Shown here one piece after another: positions 15,061 through 28,952 of a DNA stretch of 64,000 nt. Within the stretch, counting starts at the first letter, position 1; the number at the start of each line of letters is the position of its first letter. The stretch covers positions 62,001 through 126,000 of the forward strand of contig JBODTK010000159.1 in assembly GCA_050613775.1 (NCBI GenBank). Reading direction: 5' to 3'. The stretch comes from Neocallimastix sp. 'constans'. Its lineage: Eukaryota. The position numbers and the translations under genes were made by a program. Below the pieces are notes generated by a model. It worked only from the letters and a program-made list of their open reading frames with translations, ran no database searches and was not told the DNA's origin.

Positions 15061-16589
15061 ATTGCATTGTTGTGGTGTATTGATTCTGACTCCTTGAACA
15101 ACAAGGAAGATTATCTTTTAATTGAAAAGAAGAAAAAATGTAAAAATTTATAACAAAAGAAACTCAACGGTTAGTGTTTATGTCTTCTCTCATGATCATC
15201 TATTGACAACATTTTTTTGCCGATGATATTGTTCTTATAGCTCCTAGTGAAAGAAAAATGAAGGCTCTACTTTTGTCATGTTTTTTGTTGGGCTAATAAA
15301 AATGAAATGTCTTTTGGTATCAATAAATGTGCTACAATGGTTATTTAACCCTTAAATTTTGTTTCATATCCTTGGTTATGAAGAGCCTACATATCATCTT
15401 GGTATGTATTCTATCCCTAAAGAACCTGTGTATATTTACTTAGGTATCCCCTTCAGTAATGATCTTTCCCTTGAGCCTCTTTTCACTTTTATGAATACTA
15501 AAGTTAGAAAATCCTTACTTTCTTTCTCTAGTTTTTTATCCAATAATAAAGTTCTATTAACTTTTTAAAGGATCCATCAGATTTGTAATAACTATCGTGA
15601 CATCTCTCTCATCAATAATGGATTAAAAATTATAGTAAAAATTATCGCTAATAGAATCTCTAAATATGAAATTGATAAAGGATTCATAAGACCGGAACAA
15701 TATAAATTTCGTAGCGGAGAAGAATGTATAAGTCATATTACACTTCATTAAGAATAATATGAATTTATTGAAAACTTATATTTTTACTTATCTTCTAAGG
15801 CTTGCGTAAGAGTTGATGGACAATTATCAGAATCATTTAGTATTAAGAAAGGTGTTCGTCAAGGTTGTCCCTTCTCACCAATTTTATTTAAGTTGTTCAT
15901 TAATAACATTTTTAATAAATGTGATAAATATGGAATCCTTATTGGTGATAAAACTTTATTGTGGAGGTCTCTTTGCAGATGACAATGTGTTATGTACTCC
16001 AACAAGATCTCAACTTAAGAAGTTGTTAAAGTTAGCCAGTAAGTGGGCTAGAAATTAATTAAATGCAATTTGGTATCAATAAATGTTCCAGTTAAGTAGT
16101 ACGAGGGGAAAGTTTCAAAATTTCTAAATAACAGTAACCCCTACCTTTTATCTTTCAAGTTAAGAGTTACCTAAAACGAATTGCTATACCTACCCAGGTG
16201 TACCGTTTTTTCAAATGATTTAGAATTGAAACCGATCATAGAGATAATGAATAATAAAGTCAGAAAAGTGCTTTATGCCATTAAAGGATTTCTTAGGAAT
16301 TCTCATATTTCTATCCCTTATAAAACGAATGTTATTTTCAGCTATAGTAATTGGGTAAGTTTCGTATTACGCACCTCTACTTACATCCCTCTATTGTGTC
16401 ACTAAAGAACTTAACATTCCTCCTCTTTCAGCGAAATGTGCAATTACTCAGGTAAGGTGTTTGAAAAAAAATGGAAAAACTCGAAATGTATTATCTCTGA
16501 TTTACTTAGAGATATATCATGGTGCAGACGTCAAGCAAGAGATAAAGAAAGTAAAAAAATTTCAGCAGACAAGCTAAATAAATTTCCAT

Positions 16590-16625
<36 letters not shown>

Positions 16626-17305
16626 CAAATTTTTTACTGGGATAGAAACAATACTATTAGTTGTCCTATTATATATATTTCAGACACAAATACTAGTAAT
16701 CTTGTTCCGCTCACAGAATCTATAGAGAGTAATTCTCTTAATGAGAATCTTTCTATATTTTCAGAGGAATGTTTAGTGGACACCACAGTATCTATTTTAA
16801 AAGATGTTACTTCTTTATTTTATTATTTTAGATTTAAATGGGGATCATGATAACTAGCACGTAGTATACATCACACTGATATTTTTTTTAACTTTTGAAC
16901 TTATTTTTATTCTTTATTACATTAAATTATAAATGATTAATTAAAGAAAAAAAATTTTTTTTCTATGAAATTAATATATTAACATTATCAGAAATGTGAT
17001 GATAAAGTTAATGAAAAATTGATCTTCTTTTCTCCTCACCTTACCTTATGATCTCTATTCATATCATAATACAATAATAACTTTTAAATTTTTCTCTTTA
17101 TTTTCATTGTATTATATTAACTATTTTTCTTATTAAATTTCATTTTTAATATTCTTTTTTTATTACATGATATATTTTTTAATATATTCTTTTTTACCAT
17201 AATATATTTTTAATGTGTTTTTACTCTTTAATGTATATTAATACTTTTTACTAATTAATAAAAAACGCAATAAAAACGTATTCTCTTACTAGTCTATAAA
17301 AAAAA
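14645..17305 (+). mobile_element. Mosaic of LINE fragments (3' end with poly-A, RT remnants, second 3' end)
   Basis: 14720-15059 matches the 3' end/UTR/poly-A of the 29-33 kb LINE. FADD..NEMSFGINKC at ~15220-15330. 15570-16380 is homologous to ~4300-5180 (GVRQGCP, GGLFADD). Terminal AATAAA..AGTCT at 17269-17295. Confidence 0.88.
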
Positions 17306-17648
17306 GTTCATCCCATCCTAAATCCTATATGTTGCCTTTTATTGTAGTAAATGAAATAAAAATGGATCTCTTATTACTCAAGTTTCTTCCTTGAGTTTAC
17401 TACTTTACAAGGTAGTATTGTTGTCGATCTTTTTTATTAATATATCCCTAAACAAGAATTAAAGATATGATAAAAAAAAGAAATATGAATAATAACAAGA
17501 ATACAAGAATATCAGTGAATTATTACCAAAGAATAAAATATTTTATTTTTTTACTATAATTTTTATTTTACGAAAAATAACTTTATTAATTATCCTAAAT
17601 TTTGACGAAATTTTTGAACAATTCATTCTATTCTGTTAATAGAATATC

Positions 17649-18033
<385 letters not shown>

Positions 18034-18184
18034 GCAAAAAAATTAGATAAATATATAAAGTACACTAATAATAATTATTTTAATAGTTATAATATATATT
18101 ATGTATCATCCATATAACATAAACAGCAAAATTTTACAAAAAATAAATATTTTTTCAATCAAGTTGTAAATAAACAATTTTTTT

Positions 18185-18230
<46 letters not shown>

Positions 18231-18508
18231 AAATAGGTATACACATTATTGATGCAAAATAATTTACCAATTATTTTTTTTTTTTTAAATGAAGGTAGGA
18301 AAATAAAACAAAAGATAAATATAAAGAAATAAATGAAGCAGTTAGATATATTAAATTCAAAGATTTTATATTTAATATTTTTAAAAATAAAAATAAATAA
18401 TAATTTATTGATAAAACAAACAATAAAGACTTTTCTTAGTATTAAGATCTTTATGAAAATAATTATTATTTCAATATAAGAATTTTTTTTTTTTTTTTAA
18501 ATTAGAGT

Positions 18509-19730
18509 ATCCAACAATTAGATTTGACTGGTGCATGTCTCAATGCTGAATGACCCACTGATATTTATATGAAATTATCAGAAGGTCATGAAGATTATAA
18601 CAAAGGTTACTATAAATTATAATAAGGTATTATACAGTTTGAAACAGGCTGGTCGCTAATGATTTCAATTAATTAACAAAATTTTTAATTGAAAAAGGAC
18701 TATATCAATTAAAAAGTGAATAATATTTATTCGTTAAGTAGGACAATAAAAATAATGTAATATGTATGATAGTCTTGTATGAAGATAGCATGTTCATTAC
18801 AGATATTAGAGAAGAAATTTCTATAATTATTAATATTATTAAGAATAAATTTAAAAATATCTAAATGAGAAGAAGAGATCGAGTCACATTTTAAATTTAA
18901 ATGTTAAAAGATATAAATTATCGATATACAATCTCCCATGAATATTACATTGAAAATGTTTTGAAGCGATTTAATATCAAAGAAAATTAAAATGCTTCTA
19001 CTCCATGTACAGGTGATGATGAAAGATTAATTAACAAAAACCACCATTTGATAAAACTATCTGCCAGAGCCGAATTAACTGCTTAATACACACATATCTA
19101 TATCAACAAGACCAAATATATCCTCTATTTACAAAACATAAAACATAAAGAAAAAAATTTAAATCCAACAATATTAGATTGGAATAAGGTAGTTAATTTT
19201 CTTAAATATTTAAATCAAACTAAAAATTATTATATTTAATATAAAAGGTATATTAAAGTTAGTTGGTTATATAGATTCCGATTTTGCTTGAGATTTATCA
19301 AATTGCAAATCAACCTCAGAAATTATCTTTCTCTTAACCTCAGGATCAATTGCTTAGATATCAAGACAACAACAATCAGTAACAAGATCTACCGCAGAAG
19401 TAGAATATATTACTCTATCTGAAGCTGTAGCAAATAGTTTATGGATTATAAAAATCCACTTAATGAAGTAATCAAAAAGAAATTTATAATAAATGTAAAA
19501 GAAGACAATAGAACATCTTTATTTGCTACTGAAAATTATGCTATTAGTAAAAAAAAAAATATTTAAACATGTTAGAGTAAGCTATTACTACTTCAATAAA
19601 AAAAAATACTGAAAGAAAAAAAGTAATTTTAAGTTATGTTAAATCTAAAGAAAAAATTTAGCCGATATTTTTTAACAAGAGATGTTAATAAAAATCAAAT
19701 AACTAATTTTGCAAATAAAGCCAATTAATA
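18509..19730 (+). pseudogene. Decayed Ty1/copia LTR-retrotransposon pol (RT and RNase H)
   Basis: Hand translation gives IQQLDLTGACLNAE, DIYMKLSEG, LYSLKQAGR, VGYIDSDFA..KSTS, SRQQQSVTRSTAEVEY, EDN and LADIF, which are copia RT/RNase H signatures broken by stops. Possible PPT/LTR start GGGAGTGTTG at ~19972. Confidence 0.85.
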
Positions 19731-20602
19731 ATAATTTGGAATGTTAAAAAATTAGTATTTTTTTCTTTTTTTTTTTTTTTTGTTCAAATTTTTAATTAAC
19801 ATTTTAATCAATACTTTTATTTTTATTATAATTTTAAATATTAAATAATATATTACTAATAAATAGGATAAATAAATATTAAGAATCAGGAATTAATATG
19901 GTTTAAATTTATGTTTAACTTTATTAAAATATTTTATGATAAGGAGTTACCAGCACTTAATTATTCTATATGGGAGTGTTGCATTTCGGAATATAATTTT
20001 ATTTGAAATGTGGCGTACTTAAATAATGGTTTATGTAAGAGTGTTATAAATTATATAAAATAAATAATATATAATAAATAATATTTAATATTTAATTTTT
20101 ATATATATTTTAATATTTTTTGTTAACAATAATAAAAAAAAAAAAGCATTTAATAATATTTAGTTTTAAAGATATATTTTATTATATGGTGAAAAGTTAT
20201 AGGGATATTTTAAATTAAATTCTTTAATAATATATTGTGGCTTGTACATTATCTATATTACAATATGTTTCAATACATTTAAGTTTATTTTTCATATATT
20301 CTAACATTTATATATAATATTTAATTTTAAAAATATTTTTTAATATTTTTAGTTAAAATTATAATAAAATATTTAATTATATTTAATTTTAAAGATATAA
20401 ATTATATTTAGTGTTTTTTATTTATAATAATTTGTTCTTTTGTTTTCACTTGTTTCAAATTTTGAATTTTTTTTCTTTTTTTTAATGGTTTCAAATTTTG
20501 GATTTTTTTTCTTTTTTTTAATGGTTAAAAATAAAATATGTTTGATTTTAAAATATATTTAATTTTTTATAATTTATTATTAATTTATTCAATTAGCTTT
20601 AC

Positions 20603-20633
<31 letters not shown>

Positions 20634-20775
20634 TCCCATTTATATTTATTTTTATTTATTTATAAATATTTAAATAAAGAAAAATATGTAGTGTTAAATT
20701 ACGATTTAATTTTTATCTATATTCTACGTTCCGAAATACAACACATTTATAATTATTATTCTCAATCTCCGAAGT

Positions 20776-21112
20776 AATATTGACAAGATACTGACTTAAT
20801 TGTGGACTTGAAATGGTTGCAAAAGTACTGTCATTTAATATTTTTTAGGAGGGAATTAATTTCTAGCATTTGGGTACATATGTATCTATTCTACTAAATT
20901 ACCAATTTTCGTTGGGTTAGGTTATACTCGTTTCAAAGGGAAGTTAGGAATTGGAGAGGCACTCCGAGAAAAAGCGTACTAGAAATTCTCAGCAATAACA
21001 TGCATGTCAGGACGCCGATGCTGATCACTCAGTAAGGCCGTCCAGTAGGGACAATACTTACTCACTTATACAAAAGTATACGGAAGTGTTGTGACTACCT
21101 CAATATTCCCGG

Positions 21113-21116
<4 letters not shown>
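20776..21116. other. GC-rich, highly self-complementary non-coding island (candidate structured RNA or retroelement 5' UTR)
   Basis: Markedly GC-richer than its flanks, with no long ORF. Stems AATTTCTAG(20858)/CTAGAAATT(20979), GGAG-AGGCA-CTCC, TCAGCA..TGCTGA, TATAC-AAAA-GTATA and AATATTGA/TCAATATT. Ends in a long T-run. Confidence 0.45.
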
Positions 21117-21148
<32 letters not shown>

Positions 21149-21450
21149 AACTACACACCAGAAGTAAAATAAAAAAAAAAAAAAAAATTCACATATTCTA
21201 GTAATAATAATATATAGTATGGTTTATACAGTTTATGATACAAATAGTTTAAAATTATTTATAAGTTTGTTTTAATTCAATTATCATTAATACATGCATT
21301 TAATATAATAAAATATATATGTAATTTTTATGAATATAACAGTATTAAATCTATTAAAAATAAATAAAAATCTTTGGTAAAAAAGTAAATGTTAATAATT
21401 TTTTTTCAATAAATAAATAAATAAATAATAAATAAATAATAAATAAATAA

Positions 21451-21482
<32 letters not shown>

Positions 21483-21694
21483 AAAAGAAGTATTTCAATG
21501 CCAATAATATAATTATTTTAATTATTAAATTATTTATTTCCATTATAAGTTATTATTTAGCCATATATGAACTATTTTAACCATATAAAATTGAATTTTT
21601 ATATAAATTATTTATTAATAATTTATGGTAAAAATAATTTAACCATATTCAATATATTTTTCCAATTAAAATTATTTTCTCTATAATATCATTA

Positions 21695-21880
21695 ATAATA
21701 GCCATCTTAATATTAAATATTTATATATTATAATTAAATATAACCATATTAATATTATATTTATTTACAATATAATTAAATATAGCCATATTAATATTAT
21801 ACTGATTTTTAATATAATTAAATATAACCATGATAATACTATATTTATCTACAATATAATTATTTAATACCATATAAAAG
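21695..21880. repeat. Imperfect ~42 bp minisatellite (ATATAATTAAATATARCCATATTAATATTAT core)
   Basis: The core recurs about 4-5 times in tandem with variable linkers. Confidence 0.65.
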
Positions 21881-22306
21881 TCATATATTACCATATATTA
21901 CCAATATTATTTTAACATATTATAACATCAAAGGTTCAATTTGAATAATAGATTTATAGGATAATTAGTTAATAATTATTATTGAATTTATAATTGAAAT
22001 ATGGAATTTCAAAAAATACAAATTAAAGGAAACTAAAAAAAGTATTACATGAATATGATTTTTTTTTTTTTTTATTTTTAAAAATTCTTTTCATTAATAA
22101 TTAAATATTCAAAAGTAAATTCGAATATTTAGATTAATTATAGATAGTGTATATTAAAAACTTTTTTTTTTATTATTATGTTTGATTTTATTTTTTATTT
22201 TTGATTCTTAATTATAAAAATTAATTTTATAATATTTATATAAATTATAAAAATTTTTATAATTTATTTATTTATAATATGTATTATATGTATATAAATA
22301 AATAAG

Positions 22307-22353
<47 letters not shown>

Positions 22354-22561
22354 ATTAGTGACATAATTATTCATAATTTCATTTTTAAGATTTATATAAT
22401 TTTTGATTAAACATAACTATTTGCTGGATTTAATATTCATATTTATTACTATTTACTATAATTTAATTTAATCGAATTTATAATACAGTTATTAAAAATT
22501 TAGATTTATAATTTTTTATATATAATAACTCATAAATACATTTTAATATGATATAATAAAG

Positions 22562-22988
22562 ATTTAATGATAGAATCATTCTTTTGTGTGGTGTTAATAA
22601 TAATTTATATGTTCATAGGTAAAAAATATTACAGAATGATAGAATTATTAATAATAAATATTACTTAAATAAATAATAATAATTATTATTTTTATTATTA
22701 TTATTTAATGATAGAATCATTCTTTTGTGTGGTGTTAATAATAAATTATATGTTCATAGGTAAAAAATATTACAGAATGATAGAATTATTAATAATAAAT
22801 ATTACTTAAATAAATAATAATAATTATTATTTTTATTATTATTATTTAATGATAGAATCATTCTTTTGTGTGGTGTTAATAATAAATTATATGTTCATAG
22901 GTAAAAAATATTACAGAATTATAGAATTATTAATAATAAATATTACTTTAATAAATAATAATAATTATTATTTTTATTATTATTATTT
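22562..22988. repeat. Three near-identical tandem copies of a 141 bp unit
   Basis: ATTTAATGATAGAATCATTCTTTTGTGTGGTGTT starts at 22562, 22703 and 22844. Confidence 0.95.
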
Positions 22989-25900
22989 GTATTTTTATTG
23001 TTAATTATTTAATTGGAAACAACTGTATGAAATATTGTATTTATTAATTGAAGGCAATTATATTTATAAATTGCCATTCAAATTATTTTCTCTAATACAA
23101 ATTGATGTATTATCCATTATAAAAATTTTTTATTATTTAAATATATTAAACATTTATTTATTTATTTATTTGTTAATTTATTTATATTATTAATATTTAT
23201 TATATTTAAATAATTATAATATATATATATAATTTTATTTATTAATTACTTTTTAAAATATGATTATTTACTATGTAATTTTTATTGATTATTTTTTTAT
23301 TTACTTCTTTTTATAATTGCTTCTTGATATATAATTAATAATCTCATATCTTTTTTCCTTTTTCTTTTTTTTTTATTTTTTTGTATATAGTATTATATCT
23401 TATGACTTAAACTAAATATAAATAGGGTCAAATCTTCTTACAATAACTCTTACCTAGCCTTCATTCTACTTTTGGTAAATAATTATATTTTTTTCAGATA
23501 TATTAAATAATATATTAGATATTCGTTCAATCGTTTTATAAATAATATAATGAATTATAATAATTTGAATTTTTATTATTTTATAAAATATAGTTTATAT
23601 TATTTAATACGAGTAAAAAAAAAAATAGTTAATACTAATTAAGGATAAATTAAAAAATAATAATAATAAATTAAAACAATTTAAATAATTTTATATTATT
23701 TAAATATATTATATATATATTAAATATTCATATATAATAATATATCAAATAATAAAATATTAATATATATAAGTCATATAAATATTATGTTATTAATAAA
23801 TTTCAAGAATAAAGTAATTATATTATATAAAAAGAAAAAGATATAAACAATTCAGATACTATAAAAACTATAAATATTAAATTTTCATTAAGATTATAAA
23901 TAATATAATAAATATTAATTTTTCATAATAGATTATAAATAGTAAAATATATTTATTATGTATTAAAAATATATGGTAACAACATTTATGTGGAATATAT
24001 TTTATATATATTATTAAAAAATTATTTATTTTTTTATTTTATTTTTTATTATTCGAATTTGAATTTGAATTTGTTAATTATAAAAATCATTATTTAAATA
24101 AAAAAAAAAAAAAAAAATTAATTAGATATGAATCAAAACATTAATCTTGAAAAGTGTAAAGCTTTAAAAATTAAAAGCTTTATATATATTATACCAAATC
24201 CAATTTCATAATGCTTTATTTATATTTTTGCACTTAATTTTTATTTCTTATTATTTTTATTTTATTTTATTTTCTTATGTTTTAATCGGTTATTTAATAT
24301 TTTATAACCTTATTAATAATATATAATAGGAAATTAAAATAAGTTAATTATTTTAATACTAATAATAATATAATAATAAGAATAATAAAGATGAGAATCT
24401 TAATAATAATCATAAGTAAATATCCAATAAATGAAAAAATATATCTTTTGATTATATCTTGTTCCGTAAATTATACAATTGTGTAAAATAAATAAATAAA
24501 TAAATAAAAAAAAAAAAAAAAAAAAAAAAACAGAATTAAGAAAATTCAGCCTTTGTATTTTTTTATATTATTAACATCAAAAAAAAAAAAAAAAAAAAAA
24601 AAAAGAAAGAAAGGAAAAGTACTAATTTTTATTAAGCAAATATTCTCTATTTCGATAATTAACTATATTTATTATACTTTTATTTAAAAAAAAGAAAAAA
24701 AAAAGATGAAATACTATAGTTTATGTATTTACTGATTTAATTAATATTTAAATAAATTAATAGATAATCTGTATATTATATTTTTCGATCTTAAAGTGAC
24801 ATATATTGTTTAATTATATTTTTCTATTTTAACACAGACAGATACATCTTGCTTTTTTTGTATACAAAATTATTTTTTTTTATGCTTTAATCTAAAATCA
24901 ATTTGAGATTTTTATAGTTTATTTCCCAATCACAGAGGTATAATCACTTGTGTCCATGTGACTTTTACCAAGATATTTTTTAAAAAATATAAAAATTGGT
25001 TAAAGAATAAGAAATAAGAAATCAATATTATAAATTTATTTTAATGATCAATGTAATTTTTCGAGTTAATTCATTTTATATTGAAATAATACATTTAAAT
25101 AAATTGAACAATATATATAACAATATATAAATTAATATTTTATGTATATAAAATAGAACATGTTTTATATAATTATGATCAGTTTAATAATGATAAAAAA
25201 AATCCTTTGTTTAATAATAAAAATAAAAAAAAATAAATGTATATATTATGTATATATAAACAATATAAATAATATATGTAATTTTTATATTTATAGAATT
25301 ATAGAATTATAATTATAGAATACTATAAATAATATTTATTTTAAAAGTATTTATATATATTAATATATTTAAAATATTTATATATATAGTATTAAGGATA
25401 TATTTATAATAAATAAAATAAATATCGTAAATAATAAATATTTTAAAGAAATATTAGATGTTAATGATTATTTGATGTTAAAGGATTAATAATAAAATTA
25501 ATTATTATTCATATTATATTTATTATTATTTATTATTTACTGGTTATTAAATTATTATTTACTAATTATTATTATTTATTTTAATATTAATTAATAAATA
25601 ATGAAAACATATATAAAAAAAATTTTTTTCCTTTTTTTTTTAATTTTTCTTTTTTTTTATTCAATATTAGCTTTACACTTTTAAAAAGTAGTAATATAAA
25701 AAAAAAGTAATATAAAAATATAAGTAATATATATAGTTTTATTGTATTTATGTAATTTTTACGTTTTGGAAAATTATATTGATTTATTAACTTTTCAATA
25801 TTTTTAAAAATAACAATAAATCAATATTTTCATAGATAATAATATTTAGTTATATTTAAAATACCAAAAGAAAAACGTTCTTTATACCAAATAATATATT

Positions 25901-26491
25901 TTATATTATATTAGCATTCATTTTCTTTATTAAAATTGTAAGTGTTGAATATATAATATTATTTAGTAAATTAAGTGGAAAACTTTTTGTTTTTTAATTT
26001 CAAGAAGATATATAAGTAACATGAATGTTACATGATAAATTATAATAATTAAAATTATGAACTAGAGTATTAGAGAAAAAATAATAGATAATGCTATTAG
26101 TTTAAATTTAAATAAAGTTATGTTTTAAAAAAGTAGTGCCTAAAGGAGTTTATAAAAAATGTTGTTATATAATTATAATAATAAAAGTAATAGATAAAGA
26201 ATCAAAAAAAAGGGGAAATTTAAAAAATTTATTAAATATTATATTAAGATAAAAATATAATAGTTGAAAATATTGAAAAATAAAATATATATATATATAT
26301 ATATATAAATAGTATTTATTATATATTTTTATTACTTTCGTAATAAAATGAAAAATGATAAAAAAATATACATTATATATTATTATATATAAATGAAAAT
26401 TAAATATATGTATGTTTTTTATTAAACTAATTTAAAATTTTTTATAATATAGTTTTTGTACAAATTTTCTTTAATAATATATAAGTACATA

Positions 26492-28266
26492 ATGGAACGT
26501 AAATACGATTTCTTAGTTATTGGTGGTGGTGTTGCTGGTCTTGTTTTTGCTCTTAACTGCTCAAAGGTTGGTACTGTTGCTGTTTTAACTAAGAGTATCT
26601 TAACTGAAGGTGCCACTAACTATGCTCAGGGTGGTATTGCTGCTGTACTTTCTGATAATGATTCTTTTGAAGCTCACATTAAGGATACTATGACTGCTGG
26701 TTGTTTCATTAATGATGAAGAAGCTGTCAAACTTTGTGTTACTGAAGGTCCAGGTTATATTAAGGAACTTATTTCCTTTGGTGCCCACTTTACTCACAAA
26801 AAGGTAATAAAAATAACATATATTATATTATTTTTTTTTATAAAAAAAAAATTTTTTTTTAAAGTTTATGAATTAAATTATTGATAATTTATTATAATAA
26901 TAATATATTAATATTTAAAAAAAATTTTTTTTTTCCATTATTTTATTATTATCTTTATTTTTTTAAAAAGGATAATGATGATAAATTAGATTTAACTAGA
27001 GAAGGTGGTCACTCTACTTACCGTGTTGCTCACGCTGCTGATGCTACAGGTGCTGAAGTTCAAAGAACTTTACTTGCTACTTGTCAAAATGAAAAGAATA
27101 TTACTTTCTTCAGTAACAGTATGGCTGTTGATCTTATTACTGAAAAGAAGATTGGTCACTCTTCTTCTAACCGTTGTATTGGTGCTTACGTTTTAAGAGA
27201 AAATGGTGAGATTGATACTTTCTTAGCTAATGTTGTTACTTTAGCTACTGGTGGTGCTGGTAAGACTTACTTATATACCTCTAACCCAGATGTAGCCACT
27301 GGTGATGGTGTTGCTATGGCCTACCGTGCTGGTGCTGAAATTGCTAACATGGAATTCTATCAATTCCACCCAACCTGTTTATACCATCCAAAGGCTAAGA
27401 GTTTCTTAATTAGTGAAGCTTTACGTGGTGAAGGTGGTCAATTAAAATTAAAGAATGGTAAAACTTTCATGGAAAAGTATCACCCAATGGGTGCTTTAGC
27501 TCCACGTGATGTTGTTGCTAGAGCTATTGATGCTGAAATGAAGCGTACTGGTGATCCATGTGTCTTCTTAGATATGACTCACTTACCAGCTGAAACCATT
27601 CTTGAAAGATTCCCAACTATTTATCACAAATGTCTTGAATTCAATATTGATATGACTAAGGAACCAATTCCAGTCGTTCCAGCTGCTCACTACATGTGTG
27701 GTGGTATTGTTGTTGATACCCATGGTCAAACCACTATTCCGCATCTTTTAGCTATTGGTGAATGTTCTTACACTGGTTTACATGGAGCTAACCGTTTAGC
27801 TTCCAATTCACTTTTAGAAGGTCTTGTCTACGGTCATCGTGCATCCGATTTAGCTAAGGAACTTGTTAAGGAACCACCAACTTCTCTTCCAGCTCCATCT
27901 TGGGATCCAGGTATGGCTGTTACTAACGATGAAATTGTTTTAGTTTACCACAACTGGGAAGAAATCAGAAGATTCATGTGGAATTACGTTGGAATTGTTA
28001 GAACTAATAAGAGACTTCAACGTGCCAAGAGAAGATTAGAATTATTACGTAGTGAAATTCAAGAATACTACTGGCAATACAAGGTTACTCCAGATATTCT
28101 TGAATTAAGAAACATTGCTGATGTTGCTTACCTTATCGTTGAAAGTGCTCTTCGTAGAAAGGAATCTCGTGGTTTACATTACACTTTAGATTATCCAAAT
28201 AAGGATGATGAACACTTCTTCGGTCCAACAAAGGTTTCTAAGGCCATCCTTGAAAATAGATTATAA
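26492..28266 (+). CDS. nadB: L-aspartate oxidase (de novo NAD biosynthesis), 2 exons, 535 aa
   Basis: Exons 26492-26803 and 26971-28266, with a phase-0 GT-AG intron. Motifs [69 protein letters not shown] and ESRGLHY; length is typical of NadB. Confidence 0.95.
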
Positions 28267-28952
28267 GAAAATAATTAAAAGAATAATATTAATAAATATA
28301 ATTTTAATCTATTGTTTTTCTTTTTAAAAAACAAAAATATTAAAAAAAAAAATTAGCTTACCCAAAATAATTTAGGGATATTATCAAATGTTTATATAAT
28401 TATATTTAAGCATAAAAAAATATAGAAAAAAACAAAAAAAGTACAAAATTTAGTTTTATGCACACATATATAAAATTATTAATCAATATCTATATAATTA
28501 TAAATATTAAAAAAAAAATTTTTTTTATCTTTAAACGTTATATTAATAGTATAAATTTTAGAATGTTTATATAATAATAATATTATTAATAATAAAATAA
28601 TTAAATAATAATAATTGTTTTATTTTGGATATAATAAAAGTTAATAATATGTACTTTTATTATACAATCTATTTTTTTTTTTTTTTAAACATAATTTTAA
28701 ATAATTATTAAAATATATTTATTTAAAACGTTTTTACTATTATAATTTGTAATTGATCATTTGCCATTAACAAATTTTTAATTATAAATTTATTAAAAAT
28801 ATAAAATATAATAAAATATAATAAAATATAATAAAAAAAAAAATAATATATATATATCAAAAAATTTTTTTTCGTATAATTTTAATTTTAGTTATAATGT
28901 ATATATATATATATATATTTTTCGATTATTATTTTATCAAAAGAAATATTTT

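Noticed and set aside
20990..21116. HDV-like or hammerhead ribozyme, U1 or U11 snRNA in the GC-rich island
   Set aside because: There is no CUGAUGA/GAAA core. An HDV topology lacks a P2 partner and the GG of P1.1. ATACTTACTC and AAAAAGGGC match U1 and U11 5' ends only briefly, without the rest of the structure. Left as an unassigned finding.
26492..28266. SdhA/FrdA or bacterial contamination instead of nadB
   Set aside because: The [14 protein letters not shown] and [10 protein letters not shown] motifs and the 535 aa length fit NadB. The spliceosomal intron and AT-rich flanks argue against contamination.
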